Positions 48,686 through 58,737 are shown, counted from the first letter of the stretch. The stretch: 64,000 nt of DNA from Myxococcota bacterium (GCA_036336835.1 JAYZFK010000040.1:1-64000), one strand, 5' to 3'. The notes: generated by a model not told the origin, from the letters alone. A program made the numbers and translations.

Positions 48686-49459
48686 GTGATGGGACGAGTC
48701 GGACCGACGATGAGGCTCGCGGCGAGCGTGACAGGCCTCCTCCTGGCAGCCAGCGCCGCACAAGCCATCCCTTCGATCGCCATCAAGTGGCGGAGCACCG
48801 GTACCGCGACGATCGCATCACCGGCGGCTACGAGCACCCAGATCGCGGACATCGTGATCACCACGGTGACGCAAACCGTCAACGGCATCTTCATTTCGAT
48901 CGAGTTCGACAATGTCGAGCTGACGGCGATCGCGGCCAATGAGATCGCCCGCGTCAACCTGCCCGGAATGGGCAACGAGTTCACCCCCGTAACGATTGGC
49001 ACGACGATCGACAACGCGTCCGGCCTGGTCACGTTGTTCGATCAACATAGTTTGACAACGGGCCTGGCGGGTGGGCATGTCCGCACGCTGGGATCGGTCA
49101 CGTTCCACATCGTGGCCGCGGTGGGCTCCTCCGCTGACATCGACGTAATCGCCAGCCTTCAGAATTCGTTCGTCGATGGCGTGTTCAACCTGACCGAGTC
49201 GATCGGAGCCAACTTCGTAGGGGCGGCGGCGGCCGGCCCGCCCGAGGACTACGACCTCGACGGGGTCGATGATGCAATCGACAACTGCGAGTTCCTCTAC
49301 AATCCGGGCCAGGAAGACACCAACGGCAACGGAATCGGCGACGTCTGCGAAGTCGCCGTGCCGTCGAGCTCGCTCGGCGTGCGTCTGTTCCTGACGCTGG
49401 TACTGCTCCTCATCGGCCAGCGCTGGATGACCCAGCCACGGCGGACGCGCTCGCGCTGA
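48686..49459 (+). CDS. Secreted beta-rich (cohesin-like) protein with thrombospondin type 3 repeat and C-terminal anchor
   Basis: Signal peptide LLLAASAAQA; SIEFD and TLGSVTFHI strands; DYDLDGVDDAIDNC...NPGQEDTNGNGIGDVC; tail VPSSSLGVRLFLTLVLLLIGQRW...RR. Exact start uncertain. Confidence 0.75.
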   Translation: MMGRVGPTMRLAASVTGLLLAASAAQAIPSIAIKWRSTGTATIASPAATSTQIADIVITTVTQTVNGIFISIEFDNVELTAIAANEIARVNLPGMGNEFTPVTIGTTIDNASGLVTLFDQHSLTTGLAGGHVRTLGSVTFHIVAAVGSSADIDVIASLQNSFVDGVFNLTESIGANFVGAAAAGPPEDYDLDGVDDAIDNCEFLYNPGQEDTNGNGIGDVCEVAVPSSSLGVRLFLTLVLLLIGQRWMTQPRRTRSR

Positions 49460-49630
49460 CACCGGCTTGCGCGTCGCGGCGCGCGGGACGAGGGCAGCCG
49501 TCGAGCTCCCCAAATCAAAGTTCCGGCCGTGTCGCTGCGGGAGTAGCATGCGGCTCGAGAACCCCGCCGGATGCGACGAGCGCGGTGGCGACGCGGACAT
49601 CGCCTGGGCGCCAAGCGGAACAGGAGCGAG

Positions 49631-50080
49631 ATGAGCCAACAGATCGACGACGCGGCGCTGGTCGAGCGGTTTCCCTACGTGAAGATCGACCACGACAGCA
49701 AACACCTGTACCGGGGGTGGCTCGACGAGCGGCTGCTGATCAACCGCTGCGACGATTGCTCGCGCTTCCATCATCCGCCGAAGCCGGTCTGCCCGAGCTG
49801 CTGGTCGTCGTCTCTCACCCCGACCGAGGTGAGCGGACGAGGGGTGATCCATCTGGCGATGTTCCTGCACCAGGGCCCCCCGGCGCCCGACGTCGACTAC
49901 GCCAAGGCTCCGCACCCGGTCGTCAGCATCGAGCTCGAGGAGCAGGAGGCGCTGCGCTTCACGAGCACCGTGATCGGCTGCCCGCTCGAGGACGTGCGGA
50001 TCGGACTGCCGGTCGAGCTCGCCTGGATCGATCGTTTCGGCGCGCCCTTCCCGGTGTTCCGCGAGCGGGAGGCCTCCTGA
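49631..50080 (+). CDS. Zn-ribbon/OB-fold protein (DUF35-like)
   Basis: RCDDC...HPPKPVCPSC, VSGRG, IELEEQ, IGLPVE. Confidence 0.92.
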   Translation: MSQQIDDAALVERFPYVKIDHDSKHLYRGWLDERLLINRCDDCSRFHHPPKPVCPSCWSSSLTPTEVSGRGVIHLAMFLHQGPPAPDVDYAKAPHPVVSIELEEQEALRFTSTVIGCPLEDVRIGLPVELAWIDRFGAPFPVFREREAS

Positions 50081-51249
50081 TGGCCCGCAATCCTATTCGC
50101 GATCAGGTCGCCATCGTGGGGCTCGGCTCCACGGGCTTCAGTCGGGACTCGGGCGGGCGCTCGTCCAAGGCGCTGGCCTGTGAGGCTTCGATTCGCGCGA
50201 TCCGGGACGCCGGCCTGACGGCGCAGGACATCGACGGCATCGTGGGTGCGGCCGAGCCCGGTGGGCCGCGACCCAACGAGATGACCGCCGCGTTGGGGCT
50301 TCCCCAGGTGACGCACCACGCGAGCCCGCCTCCGGTGGCCATCTTTGCCCTGGTCGACGCCATCAACGCGATCTTCTCGGGCTCCTGCGACACCGTGCTG
50401 CTCTACTACGCCTATCAACGCCTGCCCTGGAACTCGCGCTCGGCGGCCAAGGATCCCTTCCGGCGCGGCTTCATGATGGGCGCAGTGCCCCTCCCCGAGT
50501 CGCCCAACGCGGCCGCCGCCTACGCGGCCTGGGCGAGCCGCTACATCCACGAGTACGACGCGCCGCGCGAGGACTTCGGCCGCGTCGCCCTGAACATGCG
50601 CGCGAACGCCGCGCGCAACCCGCTGGCGCTGATGAAGACGCCGCTCACCATGGAGAGCTACCTGCAGGCGCGCATGATCCGCGAGCCGCTCTGCATGCTC
50701 GACATGGACGTCCCCGTGGACGGCGCCGACGCCTTCGTGCTCACTACGACCGAACGCGCGCGGGAGATCACCGAGCACCCGGTGGTGATCCACGCCGCCA
50801 CCGCGGGGCTCGTCGACAAGAACGACGAGGATCAGCTTCCGAGCCTGCGGCGTCACGGTCAGCACGTGGTCGTCGAAGCGCTCAAGGCGAGGAGCGACAT
50901 CTGGCTGTCCGACGTGGACGTCTTCTTTCCCTACGACGGCTTCAGCATCATCACGCTCGGCTGGATCGAGAACTTCGGCTGGTGCAAGCCCGGCGGTGCC
51001 GGTCGCTTCCTCGAAGAGCACTGGGACGAGCGGGCCGGCTGCGTGATGATCGAGGGGCGTGTCCCCATCAACCCCCACGGCGGCTCGCTCTCCGAGGGGG
51101 CCACGCGCGGATCCGGGCACCTGCGCGAGGCCGTGACGCAGCTGCGCGGCGATGGCGGCGAGCGCCAGGTCGCGGAGGCCCGCACCGCGCTGATCGGCTG
51201 CGGCGGCTTCTTCTTCAACTCTCAGGGCGCAATCCTGCGCCGGCTCTGA
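50080..51249 (+). CDS. SCP-x/Ltp-type thiolase-like protein
   Basis: VAIVGLG, REPLCMLDMDVPVDGA, YDGFS, NPHGGSLSEG, EAVTQLRG; TGATG coupling to the OB-fold gene. Confidence 0.92.
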   Translation: MARNPIRDQVAIVGLGSTGFSRDSGGRSSKALACEASIRAIRDAGLTAQDIDGIVGAAEPGGPRPNEMTAALGLPQVTHHASPPPVAIFALVDAINAIFSGSCDTVLLYYAYQRLPWNSRSAAKDPFRRGFMMGAVPLPESPNAAAAYAAWASRYIHEYDAPREDFGRVALNMRANAARNPLALMKTPLTMESYLQARMIREPLCMLDMDVPVDGADAFVLTTTERAREITEHPVVIHAATAGLVDKNDEDQLPSLRRHGQHVVVEALKARSDIWLSDVDVFFPYDGFSIITLGWIENFGWCKPGGAGRFLEEHWDERAGCVMIEGRVPINPHGGSLSEGATRGSGHLREAVTQLRGDGGERQVAEARTALIGCGGFFFNSQGAILRRL

Positions 51250-51355
51250 GCCGCCGACCCGAGCCTCGCAATCCAGATCGGCTCGCATTAGGCTGCAGGC
51301 CGTTGGCAGACGCGAGGGGCGCGTCGCAAACGCGAACTCTTGCCAGGTTGGTCCC

Positions 51356-52117
51356 TTGCCGAACAAGCAACGCATCGTCGGGTTCGCCGCGCTCGGCGGC
51401 GCGGCCCTGATCGTCGGCTACCTCGGCTTCGCCCTCGGAGGTTTCGACTCCATGGTGCAGGGCCGGGCCCGCGACATCGCCCAGCTGCGCAACCAGGAGT
51501 GGGTCAACAGCTGGTTCGGCGTCTCGATGCTGCAGTACCCCAACGACCTCGTGACCTACCAGCAGATCCTGGCCGAGGTCCGCCCCGATCTGGTCATCGA
51601 GACCGGCACCTACACCGGTGGCCTCACGCTCTACCTGTCGAGCCTGCTCGACTACATCAACCCCGACGGCAAGATCATCTCGGTCGATATCGATACCAAG
51701 CCCGCGCGCGAGAACTTTGCCAACCTCGAGATCCACGACAGCGGCAGGCTGGTCGACCGCATCCAGCTCATCGAGGCAAGCAGCACCGACCCGAAGACGC
51801 TCGAGACGATCCGCGGGCAGATCCGGGACGACAGCAAGGTATTGATCATCCTCGATTCGCTGCACACGCGCGAGAACGTCGCTCGAGAGCTCGAGATGTA
51901 CGCGCCACTGGTCAGCAAGAACAGCTACCTGATCGTCAACGACACACACCTCGATCGCTGGTATCCCGAGTCGGGTCCCGAGAACGCACCCTACGGCGGC
52001 GCGGGCCGAGCCGTGGCCGACTTCGTGGCAAACGACCAGCGCTTCCAGGTGGACCGATCGCGGGACCGGTTCCTGGTGAGCTGCGCGCCCGGTGGCTTCC
52101 TCAAGCGCGTGAATTGA
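51356..52117 (+). CDS. CmcI (cephalosporin hydroxylase-like) methyltransferase with N-terminal hydrophobic segment
   Basis: WFGV...QYPND...YQQI...RPDLVIETGT, IISVDID, ILDSLH, YLIVND. Confidence 0.88.
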   Translation: MPNKQRIVGFAALGGAALIVGYLGFALGGFDSMVQGRARDIAQLRNQEWVNSWFGVSMLQYPNDLVTYQQILAEVRPDLVIETGTYTGGLTLYLSSLLDYINPDGKIISVDIDTKPARENFANLEIHDSGRLVDRIQLIEASSTDPKTLETIRGQIRDDSKVLIILDSLHTRENVARELEMYAPLVSKNSYLIVNDTHLDRWYPESGPENAPYGGAGRAVADFVANDQRFQVDRSRDRFLVSCAPGGFLKRVN

Positions 52118-52130
52118 ACGCGCGCTGCGT

Positions 52131-53723
52131 CTAGTCTGGCGAGGACGAGGACGAGCGGTACAGCGCGCCCGAGCCGACCTCGGTCTCCGCAAAGCGGAGC
52201 TCCGGCCGGTAGTCGTGATCGATCGACGCCAGGTCCTCGTCCAGCACGTAGTAGTAGTGCATGCGCGACCCGAAGCCGCGTCGGTCGAGCTCGCTGTGGT
52301 GTGTATCGGCGTTCTCGACGATCTGCAGCCACGGCAGCTCGCGCGTCTCGCGGTAGAAGAACATCGTCGGTGCAAAGCGCCAGTTGACTCCCACTGCCGT
52401 TGGTGTGGCCGATGAAGCCTGCTGCTGCTCGAGGTAGTCGACGACCTGCCGCGTCGTTGCGTCGTATCTCCAGTCGAGCGCGGAAGAGCCGTTGATCGAC
52501 GCCAGCAGGTGGACGAGGCTGACCAGCGCCGTCCCTCCGGCCAGGACGCCGGCGAGGCGCCGCGGCCGGTCCGCGCGCACGGTCGTCCAGAGACAGATCG
52601 CCATCAGCCAGAAGAGCGGAACCAGGAACAACGCGGTCCGGCCCATCAGGTAGGGCGTCCCGAGCCAGTGGTGCTGGACGACGGTGCTCAGCGCCGCAAG
52701 GAGCAGAAGCAGACACGAGGCGAAGAGCGGTGACACCAGGGTCTCGGCAAGCTGGCTGCGAAGCTGCTTCGCGATCGACAGCACCGAAGCCGTGGCGATC
52801 AGCACGACGAACGAGAGCACCAGCGCATGCGCGGCCTCCCCCGCATGCGACGGCTGGTAGAGGGTGCGGTCGATCAAGCTCGCCAGCGTGTCGCGCCAGA
52901 ACCCCTGCGTTCCGCCGTAGTAGAGCTGGCCGCCCGCGGCAAGCTGGATCAAGGGAGCGAAGAGCAGGCCCGCCAGCAGCGAGGAGACGATGCCCGCCGG
53001 AAGGTTCCGCCTGAACAGGAACGCGGCAATGGGCTCGTCCGACCGACTCGATCGATAGCGACCCACGGCCGCAACGTTCAAGACGATCAGCAAGGCGAGG
53101 TAGACGTTGAGCAGCGTGTAGCTCGCGAGCACCGCCAACGCGGCCGAGACCAGGCTCGCAGCCTCCATCCTGAGATTCCGGAGATTCTGAAGATCGCCCG
53201 AGCGCAGCGTTCGGGTCATGAAGTAGACGCTCGCCATCATCAGACCGGTCGAGAGCCCGTAGCCACGGGCCAGCGAGAAGAAGTCGAGCAGATAGGGGTT
53301 CAGATTGAGCACGAGGAAGCCCGCGACGAGAACACCGGGGCGGGCAAAGAGCCGAAGCCAGAGACAGGAGAAGACCAGGTAGACGGCGTGGGCGGCGAGG
53401 TTTGGCAGCCGAAGCCACAGCGGGTGCGGGCCGAAGCCCGCCCCGAACAGCTTCATCAGAACCGTATTGAGCAGGTGGTTGTTGGCGGTATCGGCGTCGA
53501 GCAGGATGCTCCCGTAGGAGCGCGAGACGTGAAACAGGTAGCTCAGGCTCTCGTCGTGCGTGAAGGAGAGCGCGTGCGCGCGATATCCGGTGTAGGCCAG
53601 CAGCAGGCCGCCGACGCTGGCGATCACCAGATGGGCAGCCACCCAGGCTCTGCGATCGAGTGGCGACTCCGGCGCTGCGGCGGCTTTCAGGGCGTCGGAG
53701 TCCGCAACGATCATCTGACACAC
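52131..53723 (-). CDS. Polytopic membrane protein, probable GT-C (PMT/ArnT-like) glycosyltransferase
   Basis: First-loop SFTHDESLSY, ANNHLLNT, LRLP, FFSLARGYG; many TM segments. Confidence 0.78.
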   Translation of the reverse strand: MCQMIVADSDALKAAAAPESPLDRRAWVAAHLVIASVGGLLLAYTGYRAHALSFTHDESLSYLFHVSRSYGSILLDADTANNHLLNTVLMKLFGAGFGPHPLWLRLPNLAAHAVYLVFSCLWLRLFARPGVLVAGFLVLNLNPYLLDFFSLARGYGLSTGLMMASVYFMTRTLRSGDLQNLRNLRMEAASLVSAALAVLASYTLLNVYLALLIVLNVAAVGRYRSSRSDEPIAAFLFRRNLPAGIVSSLLAGLLFAPLIQLAAGGQLYYGGTQGFWRDTLASLIDRTLYQPSHAGEAAHALVLSFVVLIATASVLSIAKQLRSQLAETLVSPLFASCLLLLLAALSTVVQHHWLGTPYLMGRTALFLVPLFWLMAICLWTTVRADRPRRLAGVLAGGTALVSLVHLLASINGSSALDWRYDATTRQVVDYLEQQQASSATPTAVGVNWRFAPTMFFYRETRELPWLQIVENADTHHSELDRRGFGSRMHYYYVLDEDLASIDHDYRPELRFAETEVGSGALYRSSSSSPD

Positions 53724-53766
53724 ACCCGCGCTTCGGTCGCCCCGACTCCTATCATGTAGGAGTTCG

Positions 53767-55308
53767 TCAGTCGGCTACAGACTCTGGAAACTGTTCGCGC
53801 AGCACGCGCTTGAGCACCTTGCCGGTCGGATTGCGCGGGATCTCGTCGATGAACTCGACGGCTGTGGGGAGCTTGAACGGAGCCAGCTTCCCCGTGCAAT
53901 GCTCGAGCACCTGCTCGGCGGTCAGCGACTCGTCGCGCTTCACGACGACTGCCAGCGGCGACTCGCCCCACTTCGCCGACGGAATGCCGATCACCGCGAC
54001 CTCCGCGATGCCGGGATGGCCGGACAGAACGTTCTCGATCTCCGCCGGGTAGACGTTCTCGCCGCCGGAGATGATCATGTCCTTGATGCGGTCCTGGATG
54101 TACACGAAGCCGTCCGCATCGACCGAGGCGACATCGCCGGTGTGCAACCAGCCGTCGACGATCGTCTCCGCGGTCGCTTCGGGCCGGTTCCAATAGCCCA
54201 GCATCACGTGCGGCCCGCGGACCAGCACCTCGCCGGTCTCGCCGGCGCCCACCTCGCTGCCATCGGATCGCACCACCATGACGTCCGTGTGGAAGAAGGC
54301 CTTGCCGGTCGACCCGGCCCGCGACACAGCTTCGTCGGGAGAGATCACGCAGGCCGGGCCGCAGGTCTCGGTGAGCCCGTACACCTGGTGAACCTCGATC
54401 CCGAGTGCGGCGTACTTCTCGATGAGGCTCACCGGGACCGGCGCTGCGCCGCTCATCACCCACCGCAGCCTCGAGGTGTCGTGAACCTCTGCGTCGTAGG
54501 TTGCCAGCATGAAATTGAGCATCGCCGGAACGGCGAGCGTGACGCTGACCCGTTCCTCGCGGTAGATCTCCCAGATCCTCGCCGGGTCGAACTGGGACAT
54601 CATCACGACCGTTGCGCCCTTGTGGAACACCCACATGAGCGGACTGAGCGCACCCACGTGAAAGAGCGGAAGGCAGAGGAGATAGCGATCGTCCCAGCGG
54701 ATGTCGGCCGTCGTGACCGCCGTCAGCGATGCCCACAATGCGGTGTTGTGCGAGTGCATCACGCCCTTGGGCAGACCCGTGGTTCCGGACGTGTACATGA
54801 TGAACAGGAGGTCGTCGCCCGAGGCGCCGATCGGAGGCGCACCGGCGCGGGTGAGCAGCTCCTCGTAGCCCACCGCAAACTCCGGACGGTTGGCCGCCTC
54901 GCCGACATGAATCCAGCGCTGAACCTGCGTGCCCTCCGCCCCGCGCGAGTGGAGCTCGCGGACCACCTCGCTGAACTCGGATCCGAACACCAGGGTGTTC
55001 GCTCCGGAATCGGTCAGAATGAACGACAGCTCGTCGGCCACCAGGCGCCAGTTGAGCGCCACGATGACACCGCCAATCCTGGCCGCACCGAAGAACGTCT
55101 CGACGAACTCCGGCCCGTTCATCAGCAAGGTGGCAACCCGGTCGCCGCTGGCCAGTCCCCCGTCCAGCAGCCCGTTCGCCAGCCGGTTGCACCGGTCATC
55201 GAGCTCCGCGTAGGTCAGCCGCCGACCGCTGGTGATGTCGACGAGAGCCTCGGTCCCGGGGTTGAGCATCGCGCGTTTCGAGACGAACTGTCCGAGGTTG
55301 TCTTCCAC
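53767..55308 (-). CDS. Long-chain fatty acid--CoA ligase
   Basis: YTSGTTGLPKG, YGLTET, GWLHTGD, DRIKDMIISGGENVYPAEIE, TGK. Confidence 0.95.
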   Translation of the reverse strand: MEDNLGQFVSKRAMLNPGTEALVDITSGRRLTYAELDDRCNRLANGLLDGGLASGDRVATLLMNGPEFVETFFGAARIGGVIVALNWRLVADELSFILTDSGANTLVFGSEFSEVVRELHSRGAEGTQVQRWIHVGEAANRPEFAVGYEELLTRAGAPPIGASGDDLLFIMYTSGTTGLPKGVMHSHNTALWASLTAVTTADIRWDDRYLLCLPLFHVGALSPLMWVFHKGATVVMMSQFDPARIWEIYREERVSVTLAVPAMLNFMLATYDAEVHDTSRLRWVMSGAAPVPVSLIEKYAALGIEVHQVYGLTETCGPACVISPDEAVSRAGSTGKAFFHTDVMVVRSDGSEVGAGETGEVLVRGPHVMLGYWNRPEATAETIVDGWLHTGDVASVDADGFVYIQDRIKDMIISGGENVYPAEIENVLSGHPGIAEVAVIGIPSAKWGESPLAVVVKRDESLTAEQVLEHCTGKLAPFKLPTAVEFIDEIPRNPTGKVLKRVLREQFPESVAD

Positions 55309-55436
55309 AGGCCCTCCGCCGTCGCTGCCCCACCGAGGCGACCATCCAGACAGTAGAACGCCGCGATGCGCTTTTCAGCACCGCCCGCTGCGTCGCCGCT
55401 CGTTCGACCCGTTGGGAGCCACGCTAGAGTTTGCGC

Positions 55437-56441
55437 ATGAGCTCGACCCGATGGCCGCGATGGCGGCTCCGAGCGGTGGCGTCTGCCCTGGGCCTGCTCG
55501 TCTCGCTGCTGGTGTTCGAGGTGGCCTGCCAGGTGTATGCACGGCTGCGCATCTTCCCACCGTGGGACGAGCTGATGGCCAAGGAACAACATTTCTACCA
55601 GCACTCGGACAGCCCGATCCTGGCCTACGAGCTCGAGCCGAACCGGCAGATCTACCGCGACGACCGCAGGCTGCAGATCAACGCTCATGGCATCCGCGAG
55701 GACAGCGATGATCTGTTCCCCGACCACCTGCGCATCGCGATACTCGGCGACTCGGTGATCTTCGGGTTCGCTCACGATCAGACCAAGACCATCTCCGCAG
55801 TCGTCCAGCAGCTGCTCGACCCGGAGGTGAGGCGGATCAAGACGTTCAATTTCGGGCTCGGCGGACTCAACCTGGCGGAGTTGGCCGAGTTCTTCCGGCG
55901 CCACAACGAAATCTACGACGTCGACGAAGTCATCCTGCTCGTCAACCCAAACGATTTCGCGCCGCGCAACAGCATCTACGAGGGCGCCGACAACGGCTTG
56001 TACCGGATCCATCAGCGTCCCGTCTGGATGGGGCGCTGGTTCGTGCGCAAGGCGATCTACCGTTACAACAAAGCCGGCGCCATCTCGCTCAACTGGTACG
56101 AGTGGATGTTCGAGGGCAACGAGGAGTGGGGCTACGAGCAGCTGCGGTCCCTCGCCGACTACTGCCGGGAGCGTGACATTCACCTCGGCGTGGTCCTGCT
56201 GCCCTCTGCCTACGCCTTTTCACCGGACGGATACGCGCTCGAGCATTTGAACGCTCCGCTGCGCGAGTTCCTCGCCTCGATCGACGTACCCTTCGTCGAC
56301 CCCGTCGAGCGCTTCGGCGCCGGCGCAGATCGCTTCTACGACGACACCGACCACTTCCTCGACGTGGGCAACATCGCGATGGCCGAGGTGATGCTGAAGC
56401 TGATCGAGGGTCCGCAGCGCCGAGCGACACATCACCGCTAA
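55437..56441 (+). CDS. Membrane-anchored SGNH/GDSL family protein
   Basis: N-terminal TM; INAHGIR, ILGDSVIFG, PNDF, DTDHF. Confidence 0.85.
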   Translation: MSSTRWPRWRLRAVASALGLLVSLLVFEVACQVYARLRIFPPWDELMAKEQHFYQHSDSPILAYELEPNRQIYRDDRRLQINAHGIREDSDDLFPDHLRIAILGDSVIFGFAHDQTKTISAVVQQLLDPEVRRIKTFNFGLGGLNLAELAEFFRRHNEIYDVDEVILLVNPNDFAPRNSIYEGADNGLYRIHQRPVWMGRWFVRKAIYRYNKAGAISLNWYEWMFEGNEEWGYEQLRSLADYCRERDIHLGVVLLPSAYAFSPDGYALEHLNAPLREFLASIDVPFVDPVERFGAGADRFYDDTDHFLDVGNIAMAEVMLKLIEGPQRRATHHR

Positions 56442-57598
56442 CGCAGTGGCCGAAAGAAGCTCCGGATGTCTTCGACCAGCGGCTCGGGCTGCTCGGCGGG
56501 GGCGAAGTGGCCTCCCTGCCGCATGACGCTCCAGTGCACGAGGTTGGCCTGCTGCTCGGCCAGCCGGCGCGGCACCAGCAGGACGTCGCGCGGAAAGACG
56601 GCAAAGCCGGTCGGCGCCTCGCAGACGGGCTTGCGGTCGTGGACGCGCCGAAACGGCGCGCGCGCGTTCTCCCAGTAGAAGCGCAGGCTGGTGCCGATCG
56701 TGCCTGTCAGCCAGTAGATCGACGCGAGCGTGAGCAGGTCGTCGCGCGGAAAGACGCTCTCCACCTCACCGCCGCAGTCGCTCCAGGCGCGGCGACGCTC
56801 GAGGATCCACGCCAGCAGCGCCGCCGGAGAATCGTGCAAGCCGTAGGCGAGCGTCTGCGGATCGCTCGAGTGGACGGCCATGTGGCTCGCGATCGTCGTG
56901 CTCTTCGCGACGACATTCTCCCACCAGCCTTCTTCCCCCTCGCCAAAGTCGTCGGCGCGAACCCCCGCGTAGTCGAACTCGAGCAGTCCGATCAGGCTCT
57001 CGTGTACGCCGTACAGGTGGTCGGCGTAGCGATGACCGAGCGTGGCGCTCACCAGCGCGCCCCAGTCTCCGCCCTGCGCGCCGTAACGCTGGTAGCCCAG
57101 GCAGTCGCGCATCAGCCGATCCCAGAGATCGGCCACCACACCGGTGCTCACGCCGGGCCGCGCGAGCGGCGACGAGAAGCCGAAGCCGGGCAGCGACGGC
57201 ACGACCACGTCGAACGCGTCCTCCGGGTCGCCGCCGTGCGCGGCCGGGTCGCTGAGCGGACCAATCACATCACGAAAGTCCCAGAAGCTCCACGGCCAGC
57301 CGTGCGTCAGGATCAACGGAATCGGAGCCGGGCCCACGCCGAGCTCGTGCACGAAGTGGATCGGCACGTCGTCGAGCGTGACGCAGAAGTTGGCGAAGGC
57401 GTTCATCGCCGCCTCCTGTGCGCGCCAGTCGTACCTCTCGCGCCAGTAGTCGACCAGCTCTGCGAGATAGTCGCCCGGGACGCCGTAGCGCCAGTCATCG
57501 TTTGCGAAATCGGGTGCAAACCGCGTACGCGCGAGGCGTTCGCGCAGATCGGCGAGGGCCGCGTCGTCGATCCGGATCTCGAGCGGCTCGGGCTGCAT
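56438..57598 (-). CDS. Epoxide hydrolase (alpha/beta hydrolase with EHN domain)
   Basis: YDWRAQE, THGWPWS, PSLPGFGFS, GGDWG, GGHFAPAEQP. Confidence 0.95.
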   Translation of the reverse strand: MQPEPLEIRIDDAALADLRERLARTRFAPDFANDDWRYGVPGDYLAELVDYWRERYDWRAQEAAMNAFANFCVTLDDVPIHFVHELGVGPAPIPLILTHGWPWSFWDFRDVIGPLSDPAAHGGDPEDAFDVVVPSLPGFGFSSPLARPGVSTGVVADLWDRLMRDCLGYQRYGAQGGDWGALVSATLGHRYADHLYGVHESLIGLLEFDYAGVRADDFGEGEEGWWENVVAKSTTIASHMAVHSSDPQTLAYGLHDSPAALLAWILERRRAWSDCGGEVESVFPRDDLLTLASIYWLTGTIGTSLRFYWENARAPFRRVHDRKPVCEAPTGFAVFPRDVLLVPRRLAEQQANLVHWSVMRQGGHFAPAEQPEPLVEDIRSFFRPLR

Positions 57599-57602
57599 GG
57601 GC

Positions 57603-57900
57603 TCAACCTACCACGCGAATCATCGAGCGCGCGGATGCCTCAGTAGGGGAAGTACTGGCCGGGCCAAGCACCGCGAACAGCATCACCGACGCGAAACAAG
57701 CGCACAGCAGCGTATAGCCGACCGTATAGATCGCCACGTGGTCGACGTTGTCCTGGCCGCCGAACCACAGGATCGCGAGCAGCGCACCCGACAGCAGCGT
57801 GTCCGTTCGCGCCGCAGCAGCGAGTCCGTTCGCGCCGGGGTGAACGCGTAGATCGAGTTCGGCGCGAAGCCCGCCAATCGCGCTGCCAGCAACCCGGAAT
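57603..57900 (-). pseudogene. Probable remnant of an acyltransferase-3 (OafA-like) gene
   Basis: RTDTLLSGALLA and TVGYTLLCACFASVML segments resemble acyltransferase-3 TM motifs; no credible start and far too short. Confidence 0.4.
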
Positions 57901-57996
57901 ATGCCAGCTGCGCGCTTTCCGTGCGGAGGAACGACGGGCTGCCGCGCCGATCCCGCCGGATCGGCGGACCGGGCGCTCGAGATCGGCCGACGCTCT

Positions 57997-58608
57997 CTAC
58001 CGAGCGACCCCCAGCAGGCGCCAGAGATGGGCGAGCATCGATTCGACCACCGCTGACGAGTCACGCTCCTTGCGTTCGATCGCGCGCGCCATCTGTACCT
58101 GCATCACCGCTTGCGCCAGGATGGCGAGTTCCATCGCGTCGCCTTCGCAGAAGACCCCCTGCTGCTGGCCTTCGTGGATCACCCGGGCGTAGTCATCCAG
58201 CCCCTGGCGCCAGGCCGCCGCCGCGTCCTTGCCCTGCGGCTTCATCGACCAGGCGATGCGGCCGCGCAGGTGGATCCGAAGCCAGGCCTCGTGCGCGAGC
58301 AGGAACTCGACGTAGGCGACGACGCCCCGCCGCACGCGCTCGATCGCATCGTCGGCGCCCTCCATCGCCGCGCCCGCCAGCTGCACGAACTCGGTCGCGC
58401 GCACGCGCATGACCTCGTCGTACAGCTCCTGCTTGCTGGCATAGGTGGCGTACAGGGTCTTCAGCGAGACACCGGCCTCGGCGGCGATGTCCTGCATCGT
58501 CGCCCCGCCGAAACCGCTGGTGCCGAAGACCACCTCGGCCGAATCGAACAGCAGGTCGTGATACATGCGCGAACGCGCATTCTCGAGCCGGGTCGCCTTC
58601 TTCGGCAT
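57997..58608 (-). CDS. TetR/AcrR family transcriptional regulator
   Basis: HTH ATMQDIAAEAGVSLKTLYATYASKQEL; ATG after GGAGGA. Confidence 0.93.
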   Translation of the reverse strand: MPKKATRLENARSRMYHDLLFDSAEVVFGTSGFGGATMQDIAAEAGVSLKTLYATYASKQELYDEVMRVRATEFVQLAGAAMEGADDAIERVRRGVVAYVEFLLAHEAWLRIHLRGRIAWSMKPQGKDAAAAWRQGLDDYARVIHEGQQQGVFCEGDAMELAILAQAVMQVQMARAIERKERDSSAVVESMLAHLWRLLGVAR

Positions 58609-58709
58609 TCGCCGTCCTCCCGTCACCCGGGAGGAGACCCCGGAATGGTCCGAGTGGAGACTCCCCTAGTGAAATAGCGCGTAATTTCGATTCTGAAAAG
58701 GAAAACGCA

Positions 58710-58737
58710 TTGACAAATTATAGATAATGTATATTTT
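58710..58737 (+). promoter_or_regulatory. Sigma70-type promoter candidate for WS/DGAT
   Basis: TTGACA (58710-58715), 16-nt spacer, TATTTT (58732-58737) in an AT-rich island upstream of 58820. Confidence 0.55.
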
